34,586 bases of DNA from Perkinsus chesapeaki ATCC PRA-425 (taxonomy: Eukaryota; Protista; Perkinsozoa): contig JAAPAO010000377.1 of NCBI GenBank assembly GCA_013115145.1, forward strand, positions 1 through 34,586, written 5' to 3'. The position numbers were made by a program, and so were the translations under genes. The notes under the pieces were generated by a model. It ran no database searches. It had not been told where the DNA came from and worked only from the letters and a program-made list of their open reading frames with translations. How positions within the stretch are numbered: the stretch's first letter is position 1; every line of letters starts with the position of its first letter. Positions 19,949-32,816 of the stretch are shown here, piece after piece.

Positions 19949-20867
19949 TGTCGTATGTATGCCAAAAACATGATATCTTTATAATGTGTATTGCTGCTGT
20001 GATTTATAAACTTGATGCTGCTCTTGTAAAGTTGTTCTAGTACACCTTATACAATCAGACACATGCAAGGTTGATTCTTTGGATACAATCTCGCAAGCTA
20101 CCTGGAAAGCATCTTGCACTCCCAGGCCGGTCTTCCCGAAAATGGTCTGCCTCGCCAACTCAAGTTGGTAGAGGAATCCTACCCTCAGAAACCTCGTCGA
20201 TTTTCAGTGGTCGGAAACGAAAGAACAGAAAGTACTTGGAGACTCCAAGTTGGAGTTCATCGGAAATCTTATCGAAAACGGATTTCGTTCAACTCACTCT
20301 TTTCGGTTCTTCACGATCATTTCCCCTTTTAAGCCATGACGATAGCCATCCTCGGGCATTAACCGGCGACGGTGTCTGAAAAACCGCTGCGCCACGAAAT
20401 TAATGCCTGCGTTTACCCTAGGCCGCGACACATTGGTGATCGGACGGGGCTTCCTTATAGCTCCCGGAGAGATCGATGACTCGCTGGATGTCTCAACCCA
20501 TGAGATATCACTTCTACCATCGTGAGGAGTTCCTGAGAATGTGGTGACTCGTGGGACAAATTGTGTAACACAATGTATGAATCAGACTCTCTGACAACCT
20601 ATTACGAAAAGTAATAAGTTGTCAGAACGAAATGGACCACAGAACCCTACAAGAAGCCTTTTATTATCCTTATATTTGTTATTCATATTAACAACTACCA
20701 TCAGATGTCATCCTATAGCGAACTTCAATTCTTTCCGGGAGAGTTAGATCGGTATATGATTGACCGAATGACAACACGCGCAATCTAGAGAGGGTGAAGC
20801 TGTTCAGTGTGAGAAGTTCTCAACTATGGCTGGTTCTGGGCACGAATTTGGACTTGAAAGTTATAGG

Positions 20868-23800
20868 CTATAACCAAATTATTATTAAAACCATTTTCGC
20901 CGGTTTAACTCTCGAAAAATCTTGAATAATTGAGGGCTTCCCGCACTGAGAGATAGTTCGCAGAAAATCGCATACAAGGTAAAGTAAGAATAATTCGATA
21001 CCAATAAAGAACTGGTCTCCGTCCTCTGGCGAATCGGTCAATCGGGTTGATGAGGAAGATGGACCTTCATCACTCGCCCACCATGCAGACGCAGATGACA
21101 CATCGAGCCCGACTGATCGAATCACTCCTTCCGTAAGCAAGCAACAAATCTCACCTTTATCAGCGTTGATAGCAGCCTCCTTCGGCTCCAACAATGGCAC
21201 AACAACTTGTCCAGCTTCTTCTTGCTGTGAGGGTGACACACTGGGTGGCGAGGATAGTTCAACTGATAGAATTTGTATTAACAACTATGTGAAGAACAAC
21301 AAAATATGAACATTAACATTGACAGTTGAGTTATAATTTAGCTCATGTATTTGGGGCATTATCCTTCCTGATGCGATCGTCACCGACAAGGTCGAGGCCG
21401 GAATATCTATCGGCCCTCCTCATCTCGACAATCCTCCCGGCAAAACAGTTATTTACTGCTGGCAAAATCCCCCACAGATACGAAAATTTCCCCAAATGTT
21501 TTCCACACGAATATAAGTATCATTTTGGAACCATAACCAATAATACAACAGCACCTCTGAAAGAGGAATCTCCGAGAGATATCTGCCGTCAGTTAATCCC
21601 AATACCAAAAACCTTCGACGAATCCCAGAGCACTCAATTCAATTCCCCCCTCACTCACAACTCTTATCCTCCTCAGCCTGCACCAGCTCATCCTCTCTTC
21701 CGGTTTCTGCAAAAATGTTTCCGAAAACTCCACCAAGGCTCGTAACCTGATGCTTGCTCCTCGCAGCTAGCCTTCTGTACTGTAATCGATCGCCGCCGCG
21801 GTTGAGGCCTCGGTCGACTACTCATCGCTTGGACGTCATCCTCCGACAAGATTTGCAATACCTACAGACACAATCGGAACCAACTCATCCCGGCCGAGGG
21901 TGAGGCTACAATGGACACACTTGTTCGATAAGTCGCCACTTGATGATATAATTAGATATTGTAACTAGAGTCATTATTAAATTGATGTCTAGTTTATATC
22001 CAATTGGATATTTAATATCTAATATTCGTACTATATGTTGAACGAGCAAAGATATATAATATATCTACTAGATTTGATATTAAATTCATACCTTACTTCT
22101 TTGATGCAATCAACTACTATCTGCAAATATAATCCATTCGCGAGACATCTCGAAACTTGTTACATTCCCGAGTGACCCAACAGACGCCCCATAAACCAAC
22201 GCTGAGGTACATCTCATCTGGAACTTCTGAAATTTCCAAAGAACCATTTCCTCGCCGAGACATTTGCCGTCTCGCACGGCAAACGACCCTATTTTGGCCT
22301 TTCACCGCTCCACATGACGACGCTCACTGTCGTTTTTCCGCCACAAACGAGCCTCTCATACCCGTTACGAGAGTTAAGAGCCTCTGATTCTTCTCAAAGC
22401 CTCTGAGGATGCCTGCTTTCCAGAAGGATACCGTGACTAGAAACCCTTCAAACGGTGTACCGTTCGTTAGGTAATAATTTCCTTGATCAAATTCGTGCAA
22501 GTTTTTCCCCACCTTTTCCTCCATTCGATTATTCTTCACTATTACATTTAACCTTTCCTGTAGATACTCTTCAAGCTCCTCTTCAGTGCACGATCCATTA
22601 TACTTTAATTTAACATATCTCTTCCCGCCCAGATCAACATTAACAACCGGCTCCCCAACACCAACCGAAGTGCTTGCACCTGACCTCAACATAAGCCACT
22701 CCGCGGCGCCTCCCCAGTCACTTTGCAGAGATCTAATGCGAGAAATGATGCTGTTCAATACCGTCTCCTTCGCACTGTCAGACAATTCTTCGAGCTCGCG
22801 AGAGGCAAACCATCGATTGGGACTCCAGTGATCTTCCATAACCTGAAAAAGCAATCTAACGTAACAAAAGTTGTACACAAAAAATACTCATGGGAGTATT
22901 AACCTGAGGGAAATTTCCATTCGTCCTAGCAGCGGCCATCTGACGGTTCGATACAAAGGATACACATCGATCGTGAAGGGCAGTGATTCCGTGAGCTCTC
23001 ACAGTGTCCGATAGACACGAGGCACTCCAGACGCCTCGGTGGAATCCAGTTGGCATTTTTATCTAGCCTTCCCTAGTAGGGATTCCCTACTTTCTGGCTT
23101 TATCCAGTTGGAGCCCCAGTCATGCCCCCCCACACAAACGTAAACTGAAGAAGCTGTTCACAGCGAGTCTCGTCATGTAACATATATCAATCGAAAGCCC
23201 TCGCTAGCGTCTAGGTGATGCGCTACCCCATAGTAACAGCCCAAGCTCCCAATGAATATCTTCAATACGGTGTGCGAGTCCAACCATTCCGAGTCGGAGC
23301 CTCCGATACGACTCGTTTCACGCGGAAGGAAACTTTCTCCCAATCCTTCCTCCCTCTCTATTACAATATCTTCATATCGACAATACTCCCGGCATTCCCT
23401 CTCATTTATATCCTCCCACTTCCCAAGCTCAGCTCTCATATCTCGCCACAGTCTCATCAATCGTGCATCTAACCAAGGACTGAGGTCATCCCTGATCTAT
23501 ACCGATCGTATCAGAAGAGATGTGGTTCTCGAGTTACTGCGGAGATACACTGGTAGAGTTTCCGTAGACCAGAAAACACATCAAACACCTTCCATCTACG
23601 CAGATCTCACACTCCTCTATGACCTCGTGGTTGCATTAATCTGCATGCCGGCACTCGCTAGTGTACCACTTCGAATACTGAAATGATCTATCCACTTCAT
23701 CTTGAATCTTGCAAATAAAGTCTCCTTGAAGCGATAACGCTAATCAAGAGCCAGCAACTCATTTACCCATTTTCAACAACGTATCCCCTCCAACCATTTT

Positions 23801-24818
23801 CTGAAGTATTTTCACCTCATAAATCAACTCTCCAACATACTATACAGACACCCACATTTTGCCCACGAGCAGACAGACAATCTTCAGGCGTCCTCCCACC
23901 CCAGCTGACCAGGCTCCCCTCTGACGGGCGTCTTGAACTCTCGCCGGAGACAAAACATGTCCCGAAATAGGTCTCCGCAGCTCAGCGATCTCCGCACTCT
24001 TGCTTTAGGCTGTACGCCTGGCGTGGACGGAACTGAGATTGATATCGCTGGAAAGAAATGCCGGAAAATACGCAAAGCTAACGCTTGACATATTAACACT
24101 GTTCTTGTGAATCCCTACGAATAAAGGAAAAGCTACCCACAAGGTCAAGCTCATCATTATCACGTCTACATTAATCATTAACTATTACTGTAAAAACAAT
24201 ACCACCCGCAGACTAGAGCCATGGTAGTCCCATCTCAAATCCTCCTTCACCATATACTACCAGTGTCCTCCTTGCGCCTAACTGCTTCGACTGCATTAAT
24301 AAAGCATCCACCTGGAAGGTGCTTTGGAGTTGTTGCTGATCGCGACTGTGACGAGCTCGATGCGATGGCCATTAAACGGCGGCAACTCCTCAAATTCCCA
24401 TGACTTCTTCTGTACAAGCTTTCCTGGAATCTTTGCGCTGCCAGATCGATTTCTGCGTGATTGCAGATTTCTCAAACGGCTAGTATCCAGCCATGCGAAG
24501 TCAAGTGAAGAAATGGTTCCAATTCCCAGATAAGAGACTCTAACGTATTGTGGATTTACCAACGCAGAAGACAAGTATGCAGGTAAGAACCACTTGACAA
24601 GGAGTACTTCTCAACTGCACTAGTATACAACCGAGCTAGTACAATAAAAACCAACGGCGACTCGCACGCGCGTGCCTTACGATAGCACGCACACGCTGGC
24701 ACGCATACACAATGTCAGCAGCACCTATCTGATCCACTGCAACGTCAGAAGTTCGGATGTCAAAAATTACGCTTCTCTCATTCCCCAAAAAAGCGCTTTC
24801 CCAGCTCTTCGGGGTCAC
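20868..24818 (-). pseudogene. Large multi-exon gene of unknown family, apparently disrupted
   Basis: Chain of protein-like, splice-site-flanked segments on the minus strand (ORFs 24636-24818, 23173-23460, 22324-22878, 20868-21284, plus SLIWELEPFL..EICNHAEIDLAAQRFQESLY). In-frame stops at 24472-24474, 23773-23775 and 23740-23742. No complete model could be built. Confidence 0.45.
21951..22066. repeat. AT-rich cluster of nested inverted repeats
   Basis: ATTAGATATT (21951-60)/AATATCTAAT (22014-23) enclose AACTAGA/TCTAGTT (21963-69/21987-93) and the perfect 16-bp palindrome ATATCCAATTGGATAT (21996-22011). AGATATAT-A-ATATATCT (22050-22066) follows. Confidence 0.8.
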
Positions 24819-27800
24819 TTATGCCCAACAACGGTTACACCATAATAATCCGCAATCGATAACAAGGGTATCCAAAATATATTTTGTCATGCTGGTCATC
24901 CTCTAAAGCTTTACACTCACAACCATCGTATTGATGAAATTGAAACGTGCTTGTTGCGATGTGTCAAATAAATGTTGACCAAATACAGTCGAATGTGTTA
25001 CACAGTTAAGTTGCAGAGCGAGCGAAGCACATCTTCTCACTGAATCGATTAACGATCCATGCAGCCGTTATTGTGGACTGCCCCTACACAATCCCATATA
25101 CTATTAACCACTCAAATCAACACATTAAATCAGATGAGAATTATAAGACCTACACAGGGCCGATTTGCTGTCTATTATTAAGACCCATTCGCTCTACCAA
25201 CTACGCATCAAAAAGTCGGGCTCGGGTTGATTGCTAATGATTCTGCTGTTGAACCTAACGAGAATCCAGCGAATCCTCAAGCACACAGGCCACTGCCACC
25301 AGATGAGCAAGTCCAACGTTATCCGTTTGCAGATGAATTTCCGTTACCCCTACATGCGATTTTCACGTGTCCTTCCCTACCGCTGAAATCCACGCATGCT
25401 CACATATGGAAGGAAATTGCGGGGCTATTTCAGGCACTATGAAGCGGCGCTGAGAAAGCTGCAGGGCTCAACTTTAAGAAGTCGATATTTCCTTCAGCCG
25501 AGTTCCACAGCAATCCTGTAGTGTTCACGAATATCGTCTTCATTCATGAAAAAATGTTTAATATAATAAAATCCATGATCCAGTTTCATGATCCTAGTAC
25601 ATACACGCCTCCCAGAGCTACGATTATTACAGCTACCGGGAAGGTTTGATTATGACTGCTTGGAGGCACCACAATCACAGCTCCATTTTGCATGCGATTG
25701 AATCTGACAGGAACGAAAAAATGATTAAGACTACAGTACGCGAAATCTCCAGAGGTCGAAACTGTTCTGTGCGAGTTTTTAGCTGAAATTAGGAGCAGTA
25801 CAAATACAGTTGTACAGAGTAGGCAAGTGCAAATGTAATTGTACATTGGAGAAGAGTAGTATTCGATACGGAATTCTTTCAAGTTCGGTAGACAGTCTCC
25901 AATCTAGAGCCATCGGAGGCTCAGAAAACATCCAGACAAATCGATACAGTTCGGACGAACCATAGAGTTTAACCATCACAATACGTTTCGTAGCAACCAA
26001 TCATGTATCCCTCAGCGACGATCGGAGCACACCAACCGGAACAGTAAAGGTTCTTTTCATGACACCCCTCGCAGCTTACAGCTTAAATCCGTAAATGAAC
26101 GATGCGCACTTGAGGGCAAATGCTGGTAGAGCAAGGCCTGAAAAATAAAATAAGTTGCACGCAGCCGGTGGCCTAAATGAAGGCTGCGGAAGGACGATTT
26201 TCATTTCATTACATTTATATATTATTTTTCATTTAATTACATTTTTTCAGCGTCATCGTACTTATATGATACTTGATATGCAATGAAAGGGAGACCCCTA
26301 TCAGACCGATTTTGCCGCCCTACTGTCATCATGACACAGTGAATCGATTTTGGACCATGGCCAAGTAAGCAGTCCTATATCGGATGACTTACATATAACC
26401 CCAGTAATGAACCAGCCAGCAATATCGACAAGATGCTTAGCGTCATCATATTGAGCTTCATCCCAGTCTTTGGTGACATCCTCACATTGGAACGGCCCAC
26501 CCTCTGAATAGAATCACCACAATGAAAATCTACGAGGTGACGACAGCTGCAGCGGCCACACAGGACAGCTCGCGAAGCTCCGAAGATTAGTAAGAATTTT
26601 CGCAAGTGTCCATCCTCGACAATAAAATATAACTTATAATATACATAAATAAGTGGTCCTATACGCTGCTCACATGCACTCATATCAATACATTATACAT
26701 TCCGACAAGATCTGGCAACTCCTGAATGACTGATAATTTCTATCAATCAGACAAAGAATACCACGCCAGATTTTCTTTTCGTTCTTCGCCGACCATTGCC
26801 GAGTCCAGGGGCATGGGGATATCTATTAATATTCCAGTCGATGTAGTTATCAATAATATTACTCCGCATACTCTCGCCTTCCAACCAGTGTCGCCAATGT
26901 AAGGAAAACGCTAAGCCGGGTTCAGGACGCTCTCACAATCCGAGCACATTAGGACTAGTATCATACCGATAAGAAATGCGAAATTGCTATGGTGAAATTG
27001 AGGAATAAATGTTACTATGAAGAAGATAATATTATACATCGAACCATTTATAAAAATACCATGTTTCCAGAGAACGGTGGATTAGTACCTTTTTTCGTCT
27101 CACCATGGGGGCCGCAGTACTCCAGTACAACTTTAAGGAAGCCGACAAGCCCTATACCAGATACGATCTGGAATACCTGACAGAAGTATTATCTGTAAAG
27201 TATTATTAAAGCAAGCATATATTATTGGATAACACTATTACTTCATCGAAACTAAGGTTAAAAATTACACTCTATAAAACAACAATGGAATACAACGATC
27301 GTTAAAGGGACCAACTTCATGCTGCCCTTCCGTCATCATATATATTGCTATCAACTTTCCGAACCCATTTCTCCAGGGTTAGATAACTCCCCTCCCAGAA
27401 AGAGTAGATCAGCGCAGCCTCAACCTTTAAACTGTACGAGTCCTCCAGCGCCTCTCCGAAGGCTTATTTCCACTATACCATTACAAAACGACACCACCAC
27501 GCTAGAACTGCCCGCCAGCTGCTTACCGCCCATATAGCACCGCAGAGTCCACAGGCACAAAACATGCCTATTAGGGTACGATCGCTGAAAGGGGAGTTAA
27601 ATTGAAGCTTAATTAATAGTAAAAAAGTAGTATTTGGAATCTTTGGTGAAAATATGATTTTGGTGACAAACCTACTTGTTTTTAGCTCCATAATATCCAC
27701 AAGCTGGCACAAGCAGGCCAACAACAACAGAAAAGAAGGTACCAGAGGAGACATAATGGAAGATTATATCCTGAAACAGGCATTATATTATCAAAAGTTG

Positions 27801-28867
27801 TGGGAAATACGGTATAATTAATAATAAGGCGCCCGGTTCTGCTATGAACACCACCAAGATATTGGGCTATTTAATATAGTATGTAATATATTAACTTATG
27901 GTGAGTTTGGAGATGGATTATAGAGCGATCGAAAGCGCTAGAAATAGAGGAGTAATGAGCTCATTGCCGAGCCACCACGAAAAGGCGCCCAAACGTTATT
28001 CCCACCAGAAAGTGATCAGTGCACGCTTGAAGAAAAGATTCACTGATGAAGTGGAATCTTAAGGGATAGCGAAGAGACAAGCGCAACTTAAAGGTTAAGG
28101 GAGGGATAATAAAGCAAATAGTAAACGGCAAACACGGCGTGAATTAATCAACTTGGCGAATGCCTGGTAACTATATCAATACCGATAAATGATGTAAATG
28201 ATAGTATTACGCTCAAGACAAAATAAAACAACATAATCGTTCTAGCTTCGAAAGGCAGGGATGATAGTTCAACGAGAGCGATCATCCGAGCTTACCCCAA
28301 GTATAGTTGTAATAACCACCACCACTGCAGTAGCAATACTCAGGCTTATAACCTGAGAAACAAGTCGACGAAAAAGATACAAAATAGGTCAAGTTGCACC
28401 TTCCTAACAAGTCCGGCTATCTCAGGTCCACCGACATTGAGGCCGTAGACCAATATAGAGTTGGGCGGATACCCGGATTGCTGTTGAGTGTTAGCTGGTT
28501 GCAAGGGAACACTATAGGGCTCCATGAAGCAAACAGATAAATCAACTCTATAGAATTCCAGGAGCAATTTAGGACTTCAAAGAGATTCGGCGCCATTTCA
28601 TGGGGTCATATGTTTGCCGATCCCGAGTATGGTCGGAGATTAATCTTAATTGAAACTATCCTGTAGCAAGGCTTCTACCCAATACCCCTCGCACGCCTTC
28701 TTGTGCACATTGCGCGGTTGCCGACGCGGAGCGGCGCAAGATCCGCACAGCGCACATCAATTCAAACATCAGCATCCTAAAGACGCCTGGGAAATAGGCC
28801 CCTGCACCAATCGATAGGATTATTTCTTCCCGCGCGAGGGTTGGGATTGTAACCTTTTGTTACTTAT

Positions 28868-29154
28868 TTTTTGGTACTTTTCCTTAGTTTTTTGTACTTT
28901 TCCTTAGTTTTTGGTACTTTTCCTTAGTTTTTGGTACCTTTCTTTAGTTTTTGGTACTTTCCCTTAGTTTATGGTACTTTTCCTTAGTTTTTTGTACTTT
29001 TCCTTAGTTTTTGGTACTTTCCCTTAGTTTTTGGTACTTTTCCTTAGTTTTTGGTACTTTTCCTTAGTTTTTTGTACTTTTCCTTAGTTTTTGGTACTTT
29101 TCCTTAGTTTTTGGTACTTTTCCTTAGTTTTTTGTACTTTTCCTTAGTTTTTGG
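28868..29154. repeat. 20-bp minisatellite (TTTTTGGTACTTTTCCTTAG), 14 copies plus a partial copy, with 60-bp higher-order structure
   Basis: Exact 20-bp period. A G/T variant at unit position 6 gives the pattern G,G,T,G,G,T in copies 9-14. Degenerate copies continue to about 29195. Confidence 0.97.
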
Positions 29155-31890
29155 CTCTTCCTTCGGTTTTTTACTTTCATTTAGTTTTTCACTCTTTGCC
29201 CATATTCTAAATAGGCTTCGTTATATTTTCAAATATAGGGCCCTAAGCTTAGGTCATCTCATGAAATAGTTAGGTGAGAACGCCTTAAAGCTAGGATACT
29301 ACACTTTAAGAAGTCCAAATCTAAGGATGCTTTCTTGTGAAATAGGCCCAAGGTCCCGAACCAGCCCCTACGCACTTCCCATTTAAATACTCATCTTTGA
29401 TATATTAGACCCTAAGCTCTGGTTGGGTAAAAGCATGCTTAAGGTGGGAACTTCGAGCCATATATGAGTGACAATTTAGGAATCTAGGGTTCAAGCGTGC
29501 TTCAGAACTTCTTCGTGGAGTAGGTATGCCTTCATCGACGTTCGTCGGTCATTTGAGCAGTACCCTTGCGCCGTGATTGAAACCCTCCAAACTGTAATGA
29601 AATTGCGTCATTGCTTTCTGAGCTTTAGTATCGGCTGGTAGCTGCACACTCGCCCATAACATCATATTTAATATGACATCTCCTATACTGGCAACTATGG
29701 CTCTCGGCAGTTACTGGTACCCTACTGTTCAATAGGAATTTTCTTAATTCACTAGGAATACTATTAAATTCGTGGCTTCTGGATAAGGAAAAGATGAACT
29801 GAAGGACTATTTCTAGGCTTTACCGAAGTTCAATGTCGATCAGCCAATTCACCGATGATGCATATAACAAATTTCCAAGAGACGAAACTGATCATCCGGG
29901 AACGCTTATCGGCAACTGGCAAGTTAAAAAAAGAAAAATGCTTAAAAGATACATCCCAAAATAGGTATGAGGAAACACAAATAAGGGCGGCCACCGGAGA
30001 GGGCAGAACCGTGCCTCAGAGACACTTAAAACGCCGCGGACTTTTCCACGGGGACGGACCTAAAGTGTTTCCGAAACCAGTGAAAAAAATAAGACATCAA
30101 CTGGCATCCCTGTTGCAAGCACCACGCAGGATAACACTTTCGAACGTATCTACGGAAAGAGACTCGAGAAGAGCAGATTCGATACTAGTGGATCCGACAT
30201 AGGCATTCACAAATGCCCGATTACAGGTTAGAACGAGAAATGCCATTGGGCTAAATTAATGCTTGCAGGCCGCGATCTCGCGGCAGACTGCCTCGGAAAT
30301 AGACCAAGGAAAGATGCAGAAGAAATCGGTATGAGAATAGTCGCCGAGAATCATGTGAGTCAAATCTCAACTTGTACTGTTCGGCACTATCGCATGTATG
30401 GAAATGCTTACTTGCCTACTTCTCCAGCAAGAGAAAATTACAGTTGGAAAACACCACAGTCAATCCATGTGAATATCATTATAATCGAAGGCCTAAAATT
30501 ACGCGACTATGACTCTAATCATTGTTGATGGCCCTCGACGATTGATTATTAATCTACGACTTTTCGACGACTGAATTCTGAACCATGGCAAGTAGTCTAC
30601 TTATTAAGTAGTACTTAAAGTAAACCGTGTGGAAGACAAAAGAATGAGGTTGATTGGAGTCTCTCCGCAAGCTAAAAGCATTGATAAAAGCATTCCATTC
30701 TGTTAAGGTAGCATCAAACACTTCCCGAGGTAGGTCCAATCAGCAGACTTGCAAGAGGACGGTACACGACAGCTCCGCTACTTTGACACGGAAATGCGAG
30801 CTAATTATGAGGGGAGCCAGCCAACAACGGGCGAGTACGCATCAACGACAATGCATACTGTGATGGAATGATTTCCGGTGTAACTCGGTTCAGCACATCG
30901 CGGTTAAAACACCATAGGGTATGTTTCATAATTCACACGGACATACTATGAAGTTGGAAGAAGTTTGGTATCAACACTGTTGATTCAACAGTTGATGCAT
31001 CTTTTCGGAATCTCCTCCCGCTCTTTACGTCATAGTTGGCCTTCCTTATCTCCCAAAATTTTCTCCAAATATGAAATTAACATTTCAATGAAAAATAAAA
31101 ACAATAGTGCGAAACCTCATCGGAATTTGGTGAATACTCGAAAAAAAATTCTGCTCATCCTTTTTCGTCAAAGAATCGATCATGTGTGTCGATACAGCAC
31201 TGACTGTTACTAGCAGCCGCAATTTCAATCCTACAGGTTACCTCGGAAAATAATCGATAGTGCAGAGACGGCCAGAAGGTCAGGGTTCGACTGGATGTCT
31301 GATGAGCACTATTCGGGAATGTCCTCTTTAACCATGTAATTTTAGCCACATCGCAAATTCCATCCAATCGACGATTCAGACACTCCCTAAAATGTGCTAC
31401 TGAAGATGAAGAAGGTTGGTCAGATTTTGGCGGTGGAATTCCCAATTGTGTTTCAGGGAGATCCTGTATTAGCAACATATTATCTTTTGGGAAATCAGAT
31501 AAGTAAGTTCTGCAATCCCCGAGGGATTCTGACACCTCTAGCTGTATAAAGGTTCACTCGTCCTAATCATGAAGAGCTACGACTGGGTCAAGTCTGGCGA
31601 GATGAGGTTCGCTTCCCCGTCTTGATGACCACACTTGACTTTCAGGTCGCTGCTAAGGATGCTTGTGGATCTTCATCCGCAGCGCTGCATGCCTTGCTTG
31701 AAGCTCGGAAGCTCAGTGAGGGTAATTGTCACGCTGTTGCAAACGTTATCTCACCACCGTCAACAATGTGATCAGCACATTTCCATGTGAAGCATTAGCG
31801 CAATCGTCTCTCGAATAACACTTGGATCAAAGACCAGAATACTGATGGTCGGACATCACAATGATTGAACCACTTTCCATTCTATTTCCA

Positions 31891-32816
31891 ATGAGGGGGA
31901 CCTCGCCTTCCTATAGTGTCTGTTATCTACTGTTCCGGCTGCGTTCGAGCAGGCACCATCGCAGCGCCATCGCTGATTGACGTGAAACAAGAACTCAGGA
32001 ACGCTTTAGTCTCCCAAGACGGAATCACCGCCCTAGTTGCCTTGCGAGAAAGACTTGAATCTAAAGCTCAAAGGCAAGGTCGGAAACTGGTCACCGTCGA
32101 GGAGGTGAGGTATCCAATGTAGCTCACTGTAACCTTCGGAGTTTGGTAGGTCTTGTCATGCTTCCCACCGACCGTGATGCAGATCGACGGCGTCGACGAC
32201 TTTCTGCATCTGCTCTGTCGAATTAAGCCGGATTCACTCTCCATTGATGATGTGAGCAATCGGACCTTCAAACACGTTATCAAAATGATCGGGTTTCGAG
32301 GAGTTGGGACTCCGAACTTGGGAGCTTCAGTAACACTCATCACCATCTGAATTTGCAGAAAGCTTGAGAAAACCTCAATAATGAATATCCGAGCTTGAAC
32401 CGTGCATTTACTGTCTGCATGGACTGGTTTTTCTACTGTAGCTACTCGATCGTCTGCGCCTTCGGCTACCTTGCAGCTATCTACAATCGTTCAATGACAT
32501 GCTCCGTCGGAAAGGCATCGTCTCTGACGAAGCCGAAGCAATTGACGGTAACTTCAATAAGAAAATATTTAGCTGAGTGCGCTAATTTTAAGGGTTCAAG
32601 TTAACGGAGATATCTGTGAATGGCACACTGAAGACTGTCATTCAAAATAGATGTTCAAGTGACGGTATTATTCAGAAGGGCGACTTCGAGGAGTTGGTAG
32701 GGTTTTCTCGAGAAAGCAAAATGATGTGGAATGCCACGCAGGTTCGAGACGCGTTTGGTTGTTCCAGCGAGGAGGACCGGAAAGCCGTTTTGGCCATGTT
32801 TGGTCTTCAACAGTGA
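31891..32816 (+). CDS. Spliced hypothetical protein, possibly calcyphosin-like with degenerate EF-hands; exons (31891-31915), 31953-32104, 32150-32251, 32442-32547, 32593-32816
   Basis: GT-AG introns of 45, 190 and 45 nt are phase-consistent; the first exon is tentative. LRNALVSQDGITALVALRERL..GRKLVTVEEVL and SLSIDDLLDRLR resemble calcyphosin helices, but canonical DxDxDG loops are absent. Confidence 0.6.

Noticed and set aside
20340-20360. Spliced-leader RNA gene or relict SL (TAGCCATC)
   Set aside because: Only ~8 nt match the Perkinsus/dinoflagellate SL; the TTGGCTCAAG half and the following GT donor are absent.
23740-24474. Stop-codon reassignment or selenocysteine
   Set aside because: Both TGA and TAG are involved, intact genes in the window use TGA, TAA and TAG as normal stops, and no SECIS was identified.
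25227-28567. Several short ORFs, some with hydrophobic N-termini (26375-26683, 27473-27754)
   Set aside because: AT-rich region with fragmentary frames and no coherent model; possibly old pseudogene debris, but not supportable.
28868-29154. CRISPR array or telomeric repeat
   Set aside because: Units are directly adjacent with no unique spacers, there are no cas genes, and the context is eukaryotic. The unit lacks a TTAGGG/TTTAGGG G-run.
29500-31760. Transposase or retroelement coding region next to the minisatellite
   Set aside because: Stop-riddled, protein-like frames on both strands, but no RT, integrase, DDE or tyrosine-recombinase motif was recognised.
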